Below, in pieces: positions 21,360-33,994 of a stretch of DNA of 43,384 bases. The DNA is from Cladosporium halotolerans (taxonomy: Eukaryota). Positions within the stretch are counted from its first letter, which is position 1, and each line of letters opens with the position of its first letter. A program made the translations under genes and the position numbers. The notes under the pieces were generated by a model. It was not told the origin of the DNA, made no database searches, and worked only from the letters and a program-made list of their open reading frames with translations. The stretch is from NCBI RefSeq assembly GCF_011745625.1, contig NW_027191502.1, positions 62,001-105,384 of the forward strand. The letters run 5' to 3'.

Positions 21360-22502
21360 ATGAAGTCGATTCTCACCTTGTCAAGTTTCATCTGCATCAT
21401 CGCTATCGCAATCACAGCTTTCTACAACCAAGACATCGCCGCCGAGTACATGCGATCGTTGTTGAACAAATCACCCTTCAAAAATATCTCCAGGACTCTC
21501 ACCTCAAACGCTACCAGACCTCACACCGGCATGTCTCCATCTTCGACCTTTGTCGGCCTTCCGGTCATCCCTCCCAACGACCCTTCCCTCACATCTACGT
21601 CGCCCAAGTCCCGTGGCATTGCTAAGGTCTTTGAGGCCATTGAGCAATCAGAAGGGGCAGGGGCCACAGTCCGCCGCTCTATTGGCACACCTCGGTTGCG
21701 CAATTTCAGCCCTTTTTTGATGCTCGATCATTTTTCCATATCTCCGGGTGCCGGATTTCCCGATCACCCGCATCGTGGTCAAGAAACAGTGACTTACCTG
21801 CTTAACGGCGCAGTCGACCACGAGGACTTTGCCGGAAACAAGGGGACCATCAATTCCGGCGATCTGCAGTTTATGACCGCTGGTAGGGGCATCGTCCATG
21901 CCGAGATGCCGCACGACAACGGCGACGGATCCAGCAACGTGGGCATGCAGCTGTGGGTCGACTTGCCTCGGAGCTTGAAGGCATGTGAGCCGCGATACCG
22001 CGACGTGAGATCGTCAGAGATCCCCATCTACGAGAGTGAAGACGGCAAAGTGACCGTGAAAGTCATCTCCGGCCAGAGCCACGGCGTCGACAGCCTGCAA
22101 GAACTCGCCTACACGCCCGTCTGGCTTCTCGACATTACCGTTCGCCCCGGCGGCAGCATCACGCAAGCGTTGCCAGCGAACTGGAATGCCTTCGCGTACT
22201 CCCTGAACGGCACGGTGACCTGGGACACCGGGTCGGAGACGAAGCAGGTACCGGAGTTTCACAACACCGTTTTCGAGCAGAAGGGCGACAACGTCAAAGC
22301 TTCGGTGCCGGAGGGCGATAAAGAGGCCAGGTTCATTCTCGTGGCTGGCATGCCGCTTGACCAACCCATTGTGCAGTATGGACCGTTTGTGCTGAATGAC
22401 GCGAGCCAGGTGCGTCAGGCGCTTATGGATTACCAGAGCTTTTCGAATGGATTTGAGAGGGCGAGGAATTGGGAGAGCGAGATTGGGAAGTCCATGCAGT
22501 AA
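21360..22502 (+). CDS. Pirin family protein with hydrophobic N-terminal extension
   Basis: Motifs EGAGATVRRSIG, SPFLMLDHF, GFPDHPHRGQETVTY, MTAGRGIVHAEMP, QLWVDLP and QYGPFV. Confidence 0.93.
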   Translation: MKSILTLSSFICIIAIAITAFYNQDIAAEYMRSLLNKSPFKNISRTLTSNATRPHTGMSPSSTFVGLPVIPPNDPSLTSTSPKSRGIAKVFEAIEQSEGAGATVRRSIGTPRLRNFSPFLMLDHFSISPGAGFPDHPHRGQETVTYLLNGAVDHEDFAGNKGTINSGDLQFMTAGRGIVHAEMPHDNGDGSSNVGMQLWVDLPRSLKACEPRYRDVRSSEIPIYESEDGKVTVKVISGQSHGVDSLQELAYTPVWLLDITVRPGGSITQALPANWNAFAYSLNGTVTWDTGSETKQVPEFHNTVFEQKGDNVKASVPEGDKEARFILVAGMPLDQPIVQYGPFVLNDASQVRQALMDYQSFSNGFERARNWESEIGKSMQ

Positions 22503-22963
22503 GGGGATTGGAAGGAAACTTGAATAGTTCGGAACGAGGCCTGTTGATAGAGTGACACCTGATCTGATAATGTGCCTATAGCGAGTTTATTGTTAGTTAA
22601 AAGAATGAAGTGTGATATACAGCAATCCTAATGCGCCCCACCCGACAGTACTCTGGCATGAGTTCTCAACAATGTTGGATGAAAAATCTGTTCATGATAC
22701 AGTGCATTTATATGGCAGTAGACCGGCTTTGTGACGGTGATGTACACGTAGTTTAGAGCCGCAAATATCGTACAACGCTGATGTGACGCCTTTGAATGGC
22801 TCGTGGCGTGATCGGCCTCTCTCTGGCATCAAACCTTAGATGATGGGCTGTACGGCCATAACGCTCTTCATATCTGCGCCGCATTCCCCGGGATCGCGCC
22901 CAGTGACCCGAATCTTTGGGTCTCCCTTCACGAGTTGTCGCTAGCAAATCTTAGATTGCAAGC

Positions 22964-23854
22964 TCATTCAAGCAGCAGCCCACTGTCGATCTCCTCGTCG
23001 CTCCTCACGCGCAGCTCCTTGATCTTCAGGACCGTGTAGCGGTGCTTGCTCTTGACCGTCTTCACCTTCCTTTGCCTCCGCTTCGTCTTCTCCTTGTACC
23101 TCATCGGCTCACTCTCCACACCCATGACCACAGCCCTGCAGACGAAAAGCCTGTCGTCAATGTAAGAGAACTTCCCCTTCGCGATGTGGGGAATGAAATG
23201 CGGCGCCTGCACAGCACCCGGCGAGCTCCCCAGCGCGCCCTCGGGCATCACGCGGCTGTGGCTCGTCAGGTTTCCAGTCGTCGGATCCACGACCTCCACG
23301 GTCTGCATCGTCGGACTCTTCAGTTTAGGCGTCTGCACTGCAGCTTTCAGGGTGTAGTCTCTTGATCCGAGGCTGGTCGCGCGGTCCAAGCGGATCACGT
23401 CGCCGGGCTCGACGTCCTTCATCAAGAATGGTAGCCTGAGGGTGTCGCCCTGGGTGAGGAGGTAAGGGCGGGCGTAGATATGTGCGGAGATGTAGTGCGA
23501 GCCTTGCGCGCGGAGGAGAGGCAGCATCTCGCGCACTTGGGGCGAGATCTCGACTGGTGCATTCTTTCCAGATGCGCCGGCAGCGGGCGAAGGTAGAGGC
23601 GGTGCGGTTTCCGAGGTGTTCGCGGGCTCGGATGACTCTGTGGATGTTTCGGACTTCTTGGGCATGGAATGTTGCAAGATGCTCTGCTTCTGCGACAATG
23701 GTTGGGCGGTGTTCGGAGGTGGGACGTCGCTCTTTTCCGTTGCATTGGGTATCGTTGACAGGTTCGCGGTCCAAGGGAGGAGAAAGGTAGGCGGCAGCTG
23801 GCCACGACTATCCAGCGCCGCTCTCCTGAGCGTTCGTGATATTATGCTCGCCAT
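22964..23854 (-). CDS. MRPL49: Mitochondrial large ribosomal subunit protein bL21m
   Basis: Arg-rich presequence, plus motifs HIYARPYLLTQGD..LPF, LGSRDYTLK and EPMRYKEKTKRRQRKVKTVKSKHRYTVLKI. Confidence 0.88.
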   Translation of the reverse strand: MASIISRTLRRAALDSRGQLPPTFLLPWTANLSTIPNATEKSDVPPPNTAQPLSQKQSILQHSMPKKSETSTESSEPANTSETAPPLPSPAAGASGKNAPVEISPQVREMLPLLRAQGSHYISAHIYARPYLLTQGDTLRLPFLMKDVEPGDVIRLDRATSLGSRDYTLKAAVQTPKLKSPTMQTVEVVDPTTGNLTSHSRVMPEGALGSSPGAVQAPHFIPHIAKGKFSYIDDRLFVCRAVVMGVESEPMRYKEKTKRRQRKVKTVKSKHRYTVLKIKELRVRSDEEIDSGLLLE

Positions 23855-24098
23855 GGCTGTGATTTGATGTGTACGAGCACAAACAATAATCCATCACACG
23901 TTCGCTTTCCCCAAGGAGATGCACAGAAACCAAGCTGCGGCCGGGAGGCGGAGGTCTGCCTGAGGCACGCAGTGCCATTTTTGGGGACATCTCGAACTTT
24001 TCGCCTCCAGCCATTCTCCAACGTTCTCGCCCCCGCGCGATCAACTTTCTTCTACACTCCACCATCTTTGCACAAAACACTCGGGAGACGTCACCGCC

Positions 24099-24936
24099 AT
24101 GCCGCAGAACGAGTACATTGAGCGCTTCACCAAGCAGCATGGTCGCCGCTTCGACCATGAGGAGCGCGCCCGCAAGAAGGCCGCCCGCGAGGCCCACCAT
24201 GCCTCTGAGAAGTCGCAGAACCTGCGCGGTTTCCGCGCCAAGATGTACCAGCAGCAGCGCCACAAGGAGAAGATTCAGATGAAGAAGCAGATCAAGCAGC
24301 AGGAGGAGAAGAACGTCAAGGGCAACGAGCCTGCCGCGCCTTCCAGTACACCCTTGCCCTCTTACCTACTTGACCGTTCCAACGAGACCAATGCCAAGGC
24401 TCTCAGTTCAGCGATCAAGAACAAGAGGCAGGAGAAGGCCGCCAAGTTCTCGGTACCTCTGCCTAAGGTCAGGGGTATTGCTGAGGAGGAGATGTTCAAG
24501 GTTGTGAAGACCGGCAAGAAGACGGCGAAGAAGAGCTGGAAGCGCATGATCACCAAGCCCACGTTTGTCGGTCCTGATTTCACTCGTCGCCCCGTCAAGT
24601 ACGAGCGTTTCATCAGGCCCATGGGTCTGCGTTACAAGAAGGCCAACGTTACCCACCCCGAGCTCGGTGTGACCGTCCAGCTTCCCATCATCAGCGTGAA
24701 GAAGAACCCGCAGAACCCGATGTACACCCAGCTTGGTGTGTTGACCAAGGGTACGATCATCGAGGTCAACGTGTCTGAGCTTGGTCTGGTGACGGCTGGC
24801 GGTAAGGTCGTCTGGGGTCGTTGGGCTCAGATCACCAACAACTGCGAGAACGATGGCTGTGTGAACGCGTAAGTCTCGCCTCGATATTCAGGCCCCGGAT
24901 ATTCCGCTAACATCGTCTAGTGTCCTCCTTGTTTGA
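24099..24936 (+). CDS. NSA2: Ribosome biogenesis protein Nsa2 (exons 24099-24868, 24921-24936)
   Basis: MPQNEYIE…[32 protein letters not shown]…[12 protein letters not shown]. Intron 24869-24920 (GTAAGT..GCTAAC..TAG) gives the conserved end VNAVLLV*. Confidence 0.97.
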
Positions 24937-27900
24937 GCGATACCAGCGTAACAAACGAACTTCAGCATCGGTCAGTCGACCGACGGAGCGCGTGACGCAC
25001 GTGCTCCGCAATCGGCTCGGCGGCGCGTTCTATCTCATTCAGGCGTTCCGGTGGGACCAAGCACGGTGTTCAACACGCGTGCGTCGTCAGTGTGGGCGAC
25101 ACGAATGAACGCCGTGCCAGCTTCAGAGTCATTCTATCACGACCCAGAGCACTCAACGGCGACTGCACCTGGGAGCCTTCCAACTGGCCCGGAAGCATTG
25201 TCGGAAGCAACTGAAGACAGTACTGAAGCCCAAGTGGCTTAATCTCCGACGCTATACCCCAGCTGCCACAATATCTAAAGGATCGGATCTATCCTGGACC
25301 TCGCGGCCTCAGGCTCGAGAACTCCAGACGAATCATCCCACTTTCGCAGGCGATTAGGGTGGACTGAACAGCCCTTCCGATTGGCCGGCATCCAAACAGC
25401 GAGGCACACAAGCGATAGGACCGCGGGCCGCCCGGCGTTTCGGCAGCAGGGAATCCACATTCGTGACGATGACACCTGCAGCGCCCGCGAGACCATCGTC
25501 TCGATCGTGAGACATCTAATACACACCAGTTTCTCTCTCTCGCGATCTCCTTGATACCCAAAGGACAACGCCATGCCAATACAAATACGTAGCGTACCTA
25601 ACTAAATGCAAACCACCCAAAAAGGTGGACCTCGAACCCGCAACAGCGTCCCGCGCTAGCAATCTCCTCCCCGTCTCGTCTCACCACCGCTCTCAGTACG
25701 TACTGTGTACTCCCGCCTTTCCCTTTCCCTTTCCCTCCTTCGCCATCCCCGTCCGCGCGTTCCCGCGTTCCCCGCCGCCGGAGCTTTTGGGCAACAATGC
25801 AGCGGCCGGACCAAACAAAGGCGTTCTCCCTACTACTTACTACTGCTGTACCTAGCATGTCTCTGACTCTGACCCTCCTGTTCCGTTCCGAGGTGGTTTG
25901 CCGTGAGCGGCGAGCGGCGGACGAGCCGCTCGCCGTCCGCTGCCTTGGCTTTTCGCGCGTCACTATTCCATGAAGGTTAGAAAGAGTAGGTAGACGAGCA
26001 GGCCCGGGGTAGCGAGTCCGGGACGTTTTCTTTCCTTTTTTTTTTGTGGGAGCCGAGGCTCTTTAGAGCCGTCGTTTCCGGCCGTGAGGGAGGCGGCGGT
26101 CGCCTGGCCTTTTTTTTCTGCTCGGGTGCACTGTCATCCCGCACGAGAAGGGGGGCTTTGAGTTGCCTGAGGCTGACTGGGTGTGGGATTCACGATACGC
26201 GATCAGATTGGGTTTGGTCTATCTATGGTTCTGGCGCTTTTCGCGCGGGTGTGAGTTTCCTTTCCCTGGGTAGGCGTGGGGGCAGGGGTGTGCGTTTCTT
26301 GTTTTCGTCTGATTATTATTTTGCTTTTCGGAGGGCTTTTGCTTGACCTCTGGACTACAGATACGATCTTTCGATCTATTTGCCGCGTTTTGGGCTGCAG
26401 CGTAGAGGGCTCACTTCCCTCATGCAAGCGGTGCAGGACGGCTGAGATGAAGGTGGCGTTTGGATTCGCTGCGCTCATCTCGCTGAGGGAGTCATCGTTG
26501 GGTTTGATTTCCTTATCCCGACACTGATTGCTAATGACGCCTGCGGTGTCGACGAGTCTATCGATCTAGACTCGGCACATGTCGAGAAATCTCATGGCGA
26601 CGCGGGTGAGCCGTTTGCGGCTTGCGTGTGGCTCTCAACCGTCACGTCAAGTCAAGTCTTTACTACTGCTCACTAATGAGCGGTGATTGCACAATACGCT
26701 TTGCCTGACGCACGATCGATTCGAGGCCTTACAGCTCGCTTGGCGACTGCTCGCATCTCGCAGTCATTCATGCACGGCTGACAGTATTGTCCGACGAGGC
26801 ATTCTTCGCGCGTCGCCTGGCGGAGCTACAATTACGACTACGACTGCGATGCAACGGCGCGAGGCGATAAGGGCACCTCGCTCGACGCGCGCCTCTTGTG
26901 GCTAAGGCGAGGCGGTCATTGACCGCTATAGTCATGAACCATGTATAGGTACCGGAAGGCTGGAGAGACGGTGACCTGACTCGCGGAGGGGCGCCAGAGA
27001 GAGCAGGATTGCGCGGGCGTTTGCGAGGATGATCTCACAGCCGGGCGGTGAGGGCGCTACGCTGCGCTGCGCTTCTGATCTTCATGTCATCATTCGTGAT
27101 TTTCCCGCGGGCGATCGGAGGATTTGTTTTAGTTCGTCGCGGTAGCTGTGGGAGAAATGACAGGGACGCAGGCGGGATTGCGACAGGCCAGCCGGAAGCG
27201 CTGCCGCGGTGTTGGTAGCCTTTCTAGCAGGCTGCATGAAGAGCAGAGCCCGACTATAGCGAGACGTTAGCCTGTTGCAGCTGGCGACGGCGATGGCTAG
27301 CTGCGGTGGTGAGCGTGCAGTCGGCGTGGTGTTATAGGCGGCGCGGGCGGGCGCGATTAGGCTTCGGGCTTGGGCAGGGAGGCGTTTTTCCACACGGGCT
27401 CTTCCCTGCTGCGTTGCGAGACCGACACGTGGGATGGGCCGGGCAGCCTGAGTTCCCGTTCATCCGTTCATTCCCGCGCATCTAGGTTACCGGAGTTTGG
27501 GTAGGCCATCGACTTCACATGTCGACGGCGGCCGCGACGGGCGTGTAGACGGGGAGCTGCCATGCTGGACGTCCGACAAGACACGGCCGCCGGCGTGGCA
27601 GATGGCAGACACACGCGGCGGCCTCGCACGGCGTCACGAGCGCCCTGAGACAGGCTCGCTCGTGAGCGTGTCGCCCTCGTGACCACGCTGCGACGGCGCC
27701 TTCACAAGCTTGCGCCGGCTGCCCGCATGCACACCCACTTTGCTCGCCCACCACCCAGCCTCGCCGGCGCAGGCAGGCCCGCCTGACGAGCAGCGCCGCC
27801 CAGGTACCCGCGTACCGCCCTGGCATGGCCGGCAGCAGTGACTGCCCGCGCGATGCCCCGGCACGATCGTATCCACCGGCGCGTGTCGCAGCTCGTCGGT

Positions 27901-28135
27901 GCGTGGAGGGGGCCGCGGGCTCGCATGCCGCATGCCGCACGTCGCAGGTGTGAGAGACGGCGGGCACTCGTAGGCGCGGCGGCGCTCTGCACGAAGCCGC
28001 CGAGCTGCACGCCCGGCCAACCACGAGGCCGTGTGTGCTCCGCCTATGCACAAATACCCAATTCTTCAGGCTCCAGGCTTGGGCGGCGAGGGCTCGCAGC
28101 GTGCCCGCCCGCTGCTGCCATCGCGCCCGGCGCCA

Positions 28136-28196
28136 GCCTGTGCCTGTGCCTGTGCCAGTGCCAGTGCCAGTGCCAGTGCCAGTGCCAGTGCCAGTG
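28136..28196 (+). repeat. (GTGCCW)~10 hexanucleotide microsatellite upstream of the bZIP gene
   Basis: gcctgtgcctgtgcctgtgccagtgccagtgccag…. Confidence 0.9.
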
Positions 28197-28772
28197 GAGG
28201 CCCGCCGGCCCAGCGTACTGCGAGCCTGTGCCTGCTGCCTCCTCCTCGTCCGGCTCCCACGAGCGAGCGCTGCTCCAGCTGCTGCGTGCGCGCTACCGTC
28301 ATCCCATTGCCCCCGGCCCAGCGCAGCACCAGCACCTGACATAGACTTGCTGCCCGCGTCCTCGCCCATGTCCCGCGCTGAGCCTGTGTCTATACAAACC
28401 AGCCTTTCCCTGTCGCCCTCGCCGCCCCGAGTCCTCAACCAGCATTGATTGTCGCTCCTCGTCCATCCCTCGCCGGCCCTGGACCCTTCCCGTCGCCCGC
28501 CGCCTCCCGCCGTCTTCACACACGGCACGAGAGCCTAGCAAACACCTACCCGTCGCCAACATCCGCCGTGCCCTCCCTCTCGCCGTGACGCTGAGCGCCG
28601 CCTCGTTGCTGCCCTCGCCTTGCTGCTGTGCACGCCGCATCGGTCGTCGTAGCGTCGGCTCGTTGCTGCCGATTTCAGCCGAGTAGGGTAGGCACACCGC
28701 CCACCGCCGCCTCGATCGCCCGGCCTCGCTCCGTTTGCACGCTTGCGCGTTTGTCTCTTGCTCTGCTGCGGC

Positions 28773-30906
28773 ATGGCCCTTGCTGCACGCAACCGCTTCG
28801 CGTTCGAGCAAACACGTCCCGCGCGCGCGCCCATCCATCAACAGCACCAGCACCAGGCCGCGACCCAGCAGCGCCAGACCCAGCAGCCAGACGCCAAGCG
28901 TCCTGCCACCTACCTCGACGACGACGACACCACCGCCATTTTGGACGCCAACATCCTCGATGCTGACATCATGCAATCGCCTGCCCACCAGAGTATTTCA
29001 TATCGCAAGGATTCCTTCGCCCAAAGCTCCGGCGTGCTGTCGCCTACCGAGGGTCAAAGCTGGGAGCAGCATTACCCGGGAAGCCTTCCGATCGAGCCCT
29101 CGATGAACACCTTTCCGAGCTCTTTCAACAACGATCCCACCGGCTACGGTCGGCATCACAGCATCTCTGGCCCGCCCTCGCATCAGCATGCCTCCAATGG
29201 TGGTGTGTGGTCGATCGCCGCAGATTCGGGGCATTGCACGCCTGCTGGAAGCCTCGACCCCGTTCCACCTCCGCCGACTTTCGATGGTGCACCGTATGGA
29301 CACCAGCGTGCGGATAGCGCCCATGGCACATTCACCCACCCTGCACCGCCTCATGCGTTCAGTGCGTCGGCTGCCGACTCTGGTTTCATAGCCGCTCCGC
29401 AGGTCCAGACACCGATGTCTCCCCACTCGCATCAAGACTGGATGGGTATGGCGCAGCAGGAAATGGAAGGTCGTCCTGGTCCTCGACAGATGCGTCCTAG
29501 TTCTCCTCCGCGAACAATGGTCGACTTGCAGCGGAGAGACGGCATCAGGAAGAAGAACGGCCGCATCGACATTCCTCAGGAGCGGAATATTCACACAATC
29601 GATCATCTCATCGAGACCACCAAGGATGAAGATATGTTGAAGGAGTTGAAGCAGCAAAAGCGGCTGCTGCGAAATCGGGAAGCCGCGTAAGTCTGGTGCC
29701 GTCGCTCCTGCCTTACTACCGCCGCTGACAACTTAATTCAGACTTCAGTCGAGACAACGCAAGAAGAAGCACACCGAGGACCTCGAGTCAAAGGAAAAGG
29801 GTTACTCGCAACAAATATCGCTGTTAGAGCAACAGCTTCAAGAACTCACCGTCGACCGCGACAGTCTCTCCCGCGACCGCCAAATCCTCATCCATCGTTT
29901 GCAAGACGCCGAGCGCATCATCGAGGGTCTCCACATGGAGAAACGCGACATGCTCATGAAGCACACGGAGGAGACCTCAGGTCTGCGGAAGAGATTACAG
30001 GTGATTACAGACCGCCTTGATGCCAGTCCGGCACCGGCGATGTCAGCGAACCCTAGTAGTACTGGCTTCAGCGACTTCACCGGAGAGATGGATGCTCTGA
30101 ACATCGGACCGCATGAGTGGGATAGCCTGATCTTCGTGCCTGACGGCCAAAACACCGGCGTCATGGACGATTTCGGCTTCGACCCACAGCCAATGACACA
30201 GATCAAGCCCTCGCCGATGCTGGAGAAGAAGGCTTCATCAAGTACCATCGTCCCGAGCCCGGCGAGAAAGGCGAACGACAACTCCACCGACCAGCCCATC
30301 GCATCGAGTCTCATCTTCACGCTCCTCCTCTTCGGTGCTTTCATCGCTTCCAAACCGGCCACTTCGTCATCCGGAATTCCCAAGATGCCGCCGGATGTGC
30401 GCGCTGCTGCTCCTACGGTCCTGAACAGCCTCCTCTCCGACAACAACGTTTCAACGCAACAGCAGCAAGCCCGAAACGCAATGCAGACGTTCCAAGAGCC
30501 CGCCCCTTCCAATGCCCTTCAGAGCAACAACCGCGTTACCAATAACCTCGACCAGCTCCACCAGCGATTGACTTCTCCGACCAAGCAACAGGAGCACGAG
30601 GCGGCTTTTTCTATGACGCAGGCACAGTACGAAAACCTCATCGACCCCGGCTTTCCCATGCACAATGACCACTCTGCCAGTCAAGCTCGCCCAGCGCGCC
30701 GTAATCTCGCCCAAGCGCTTGCGAATGCGCAAGCCGCGGATACTGGCAGCAAGGCTGAGGTCTATACCCGAAGTCTGCTCTTTGACCAGATCCCTACGGA
30801 TGTAGTCAAGCAATTCCGAGAGATGGTGCGTGATCGCGAGCAGAGAGATCAACATCAGCAACAACAGCAGCAGCAGCAGCCGCAGTACTACAAGCTCGAG
30901 GTGTAG
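28773..30906 (+). CDS. bZIP transcription factor with a C-terminal-half hydrophobic segment (exons 28773-29686, 29742-30906)
   Basis: The basic region KQQKRLLRNREAA|LQSRQRKKKHTEDLE spans intron 29687-29741 and is followed by a leucine zipper. Downstream are the hydrophobic segment IASSLIFTLLLFGAFIAS and a poly-Q tail. Confidence 0.9.
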
Positions 30907-31727
30907 TCGCACCACGAAAGCCAATCCGCACCTCTTCAGACAACACCGACAACAAACAGCAATCACCCAAGGCTCACGAGCCGTGAACGGGGATCTGCGC
31001 CTTCACCATTTTCCATTTCCTTGTAATTTCATCCGGCGTTCTGCGACGATTCCCAAGATCGACACGAAGCGGCATTTTGCAAGGAAGTAGACAACCCTAC
31101 TTCCTCTTGATTCCATCTATCACGGGCCCGACGAAGATAACGACCACCTGCATCCACCACCCCTCTGATTCTCCTTGCATCAACCATATCAATCATAACT
31201 CCCTTGTCAATCTACCGACCACTTACTTCGACAACCTTCTTCTGGAACCACTTTCGATTTGTCAGATTTTCCCGACTTCTTCAACTATCCTGTGGCTTCA
31301 ACACCTGCGCGCGGGCGGTCTCCCAAATATAGGGCTTGCTTGCTTAGACCGCGGTGTACAGCGCGGCGAGGCCCATCTTTTTATATCTATGTCAATTCGC
31401 CTATCCCATTTGTCGGTTCTGTCCATCTGGGCTGTCTAAATTCTCCGTGAGGCCGTGTTCGCGAAATCGGACGCGAGCCCCGACTGTCAAATCTCTGTCC
31501 AAGCTACGGAAACTTGTTCTTCTCATTCCGACCGAGAGCCCTGGATGGCCTTTGTCAGAATCTGTCTATTTCTCGACAATTTGAATCTTGGAAGATTCTT
31601 TCTGCTTCTGTCAAATTTCTGTCCTGACCTTCTGCTGCGAATCGAGACGAGATTTTGAGAAACGACGAAAATGCAGAGACGACGAACGGATCAACGAGTC
31701 CACGGACGAAATCCCTGCGACTTTTTG

Positions 31728-31755
31728 CGACGACGGACGACGACGACGACGACGA
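31728..31755 (+). repeat. Imperfect (GAC)n microsatellite in the bZIP 3' region
   Basis: cgacgacggacgacgacgacgacgacga. Confidence 0.8.
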
Positions 31756-32421
31756 GAGACATTTTTATCCCCTTTTGGGTGTTTCCTTTTCCCTCCTGTA
31801 TTTCTGGATATCTTGCCGATCTTATCTATCTCTTTGGATACGGGCGAGCGAGGAGTGTAGATACAGATGCTTTTCGACTTTTAATTTCGAAGAACCGCCT
31901 TCTGCTTCTCCCGTCTCTTGGCTCTTGTCTCTCCCTTCTCAGACCCATTTGGTGTTGTGAAACTGTTCCTTTCCATGTTCCCCCAAGCAGTGGGATTCAC
32001 TGTAGGAGCATTGGGCACTCGAGCGGGCCGTCCAGGTGTTTCTGTCCGTGGACCACACTCGCTTTATCCTCGTCATCATACGCAACGTCCCAGACCCCGT
32101 GTCATGTGCCTGCGCGCAGCAATAAGTGAGCCCTGACTCTCCGTTGGAAACCCAAAATCGTTGGCCTGATCGGCGTTTCGAGGCCGTCCAGGACCGCGGG
32201 TCCGAACTCCCGTCACCTGAAGCAACCATTACATGTCGCACTCAGCAGCCTTCAAGGCCGCGGTTCTGTGGTAATGCCCCAACCTTGCGAAAGATGGCCC
32301 AGGCATCACTTCCAGTCCAGCTGGAAGAACCCTTCCGCAGCGTTACCTGTCACCAGACCCTTCTCCTTAGCCGCATATCATCACATTATCGTGCTCGATC
32401 CCGAGCACCCACGCCCCCAGT

Positions 32422-33994
32422 CTATTTCGGCTTCGGATTATATTTGTCTTTCCAAATCCTGCACTCAAAGTCAGCGTGCCATCCGTCACCGGCTTCCGAG
32501 TACCGTCCACGATGAAACTCACCATGAATTCCCAACCGTCTTCGACCCCTTCTGCTCCGCGAGGCGGAGGTATTGCGCGGCCTTGAACTGCAGTAGTAAA
32601 TGCGGGTCAGCAAGGGCGTCTTTATATATGTGTTCGGAGGGAAGGTATCCTATTGGTGCGAGCTGAGGTAGGCTGAGGCGCATGGCGGCCCAACTTGCGA
32701 ATCGAAGTCGATGGTCGACGATGAGGTCGCCGGGGTGCTGTCACGGGGCAAGGTATGCAGGGCTTGGGCAAAGTAACACCGAACCATGGCGATAAAATAG
32801 TAAACAAAGCAGAAGGAAGTAGAAACCCACCTTATCCTTCGGCCCCCCAAACCCCTCCAAAAAGCACCAAGCCGCCTCCTCCATCGCGTCCGTATCGCCC
32901 AGATTCGCCGCCGTCTCGTAGTACTGCCGTGCAGCCAGCGGGTCCTTCTTGACGCCCCACGCGTACCGGAAGCAATTCGCCAGCTCGAAGATCGCCAGCA
33001 CCAGCTCGCCCTTCGCCGCGCCGCCCTTCGTCATGCCCGCTTCCAGCGCCGCTTGCTCGACGGCCGCGCTGTTCGACGCCGCGAGCGAGAGGAAGTGGAT
33101 CGCGCGCGCAGGCTCCGCGTCTATGCCCCAGCCGTGGCGGAGTGCGAGGCCGTAGAGGACTTGGCTGAGGGCGTTGTTGGCGCCCGTGGGGGAGGCGAGG
33201 GTCCCGAACATTGCTGTGGAGGCGGTGAGGTCGCCGGACTCGTGCAGCCGGATGGCTTCTTGGATCGAGATGTCGGTTTGTTGGGTTGCGACGCTGCGGC
33301 TACGGTCGCGGGGCGTTGAGGCAGACGTGGGTAGGGTGGAGAGGGGGCGGCCGGTGCGTTCGTCGTCCGTGGCGTCTCCTGGTGTGTTGGTGGTGTTACT
33401 GCTGGGTGCTGAAGGGTCGGCGAAGGGAGACGAGGAGGCTAGAATCGTTGCGCGCTTCTCCCATTGTGCTTCGCGCTGCGCATTGACGTATTTGTTGCCT
33501 TCGTCGGCAGCGCCGTTGACGTGGATGGAGGGCACGGAGACCGAGTCTGGTGCCGCGGGCAGGTTCTCTGGTAAGTGCGAGCTTGTCGCGGCGTCTTGTG
33601 ATTTCGACCGCGAGCGCCCTCCACCACCGCCGATGTGCAGTCGCTCTGATAGTCTCCTCTCCTGCTTTGGCCGGATGGCCAGTGTGTTTGCTCCCTTCGT
33701 CTCCTCGGAGTCTAGCGATGTTCGCGTCTTGCCAGCGTCTCGGGGTGTGTGGGCGCTCGAAGATCTGCTGAAGAGTGTACGCCTGCGCTCTTTCTTCTGC
33801 TCCTTAGCCGGCGCTGGCTTCTCAACATTGTCTCCATCGAAAGACGGAGGCTCGATCACTTCCTCCGACTCTGTCGTCGTGCGAATGATCTTGAATTCAG
33901 GCACCTCCAGGGCAGCGGGCGCAGGGGGTTTGGCTGTGCTGGCATCCTTGCTTATGCTTTCTTTCTTCCTCAATAGATCTTTGAGGCCGTTCAT
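32422..33994 (-). CDS. SEL1-like repeat protein, DSF2/Nif1-like (exons 33994-32831, 32587-32523, 32458-32422)
   Basis: Motifs SQVLYGLALRHGWG, KGELVLAIFELANCFRYAWGV and YYETAANLGDTDAM. Introns 32830-32588 and 32522-32459 give KDK|FKAAQYLRLAEQKGSKTVGNSW|IWKDKYNPKPK*. Confidence 0.88.

Noticed and set aside
26203..26527. Short ORFs on both strands downstream of NSA2
   Set aside because: No domain evidence and no supported exon structure.
27515..28988. Long GC-rich ORFs (337, 229 and 168 aa) upstream of the bZIP gene
   Set aside because: They are open in many frames because of high GC and the hexamer repeat, and contain no recognisable domain.
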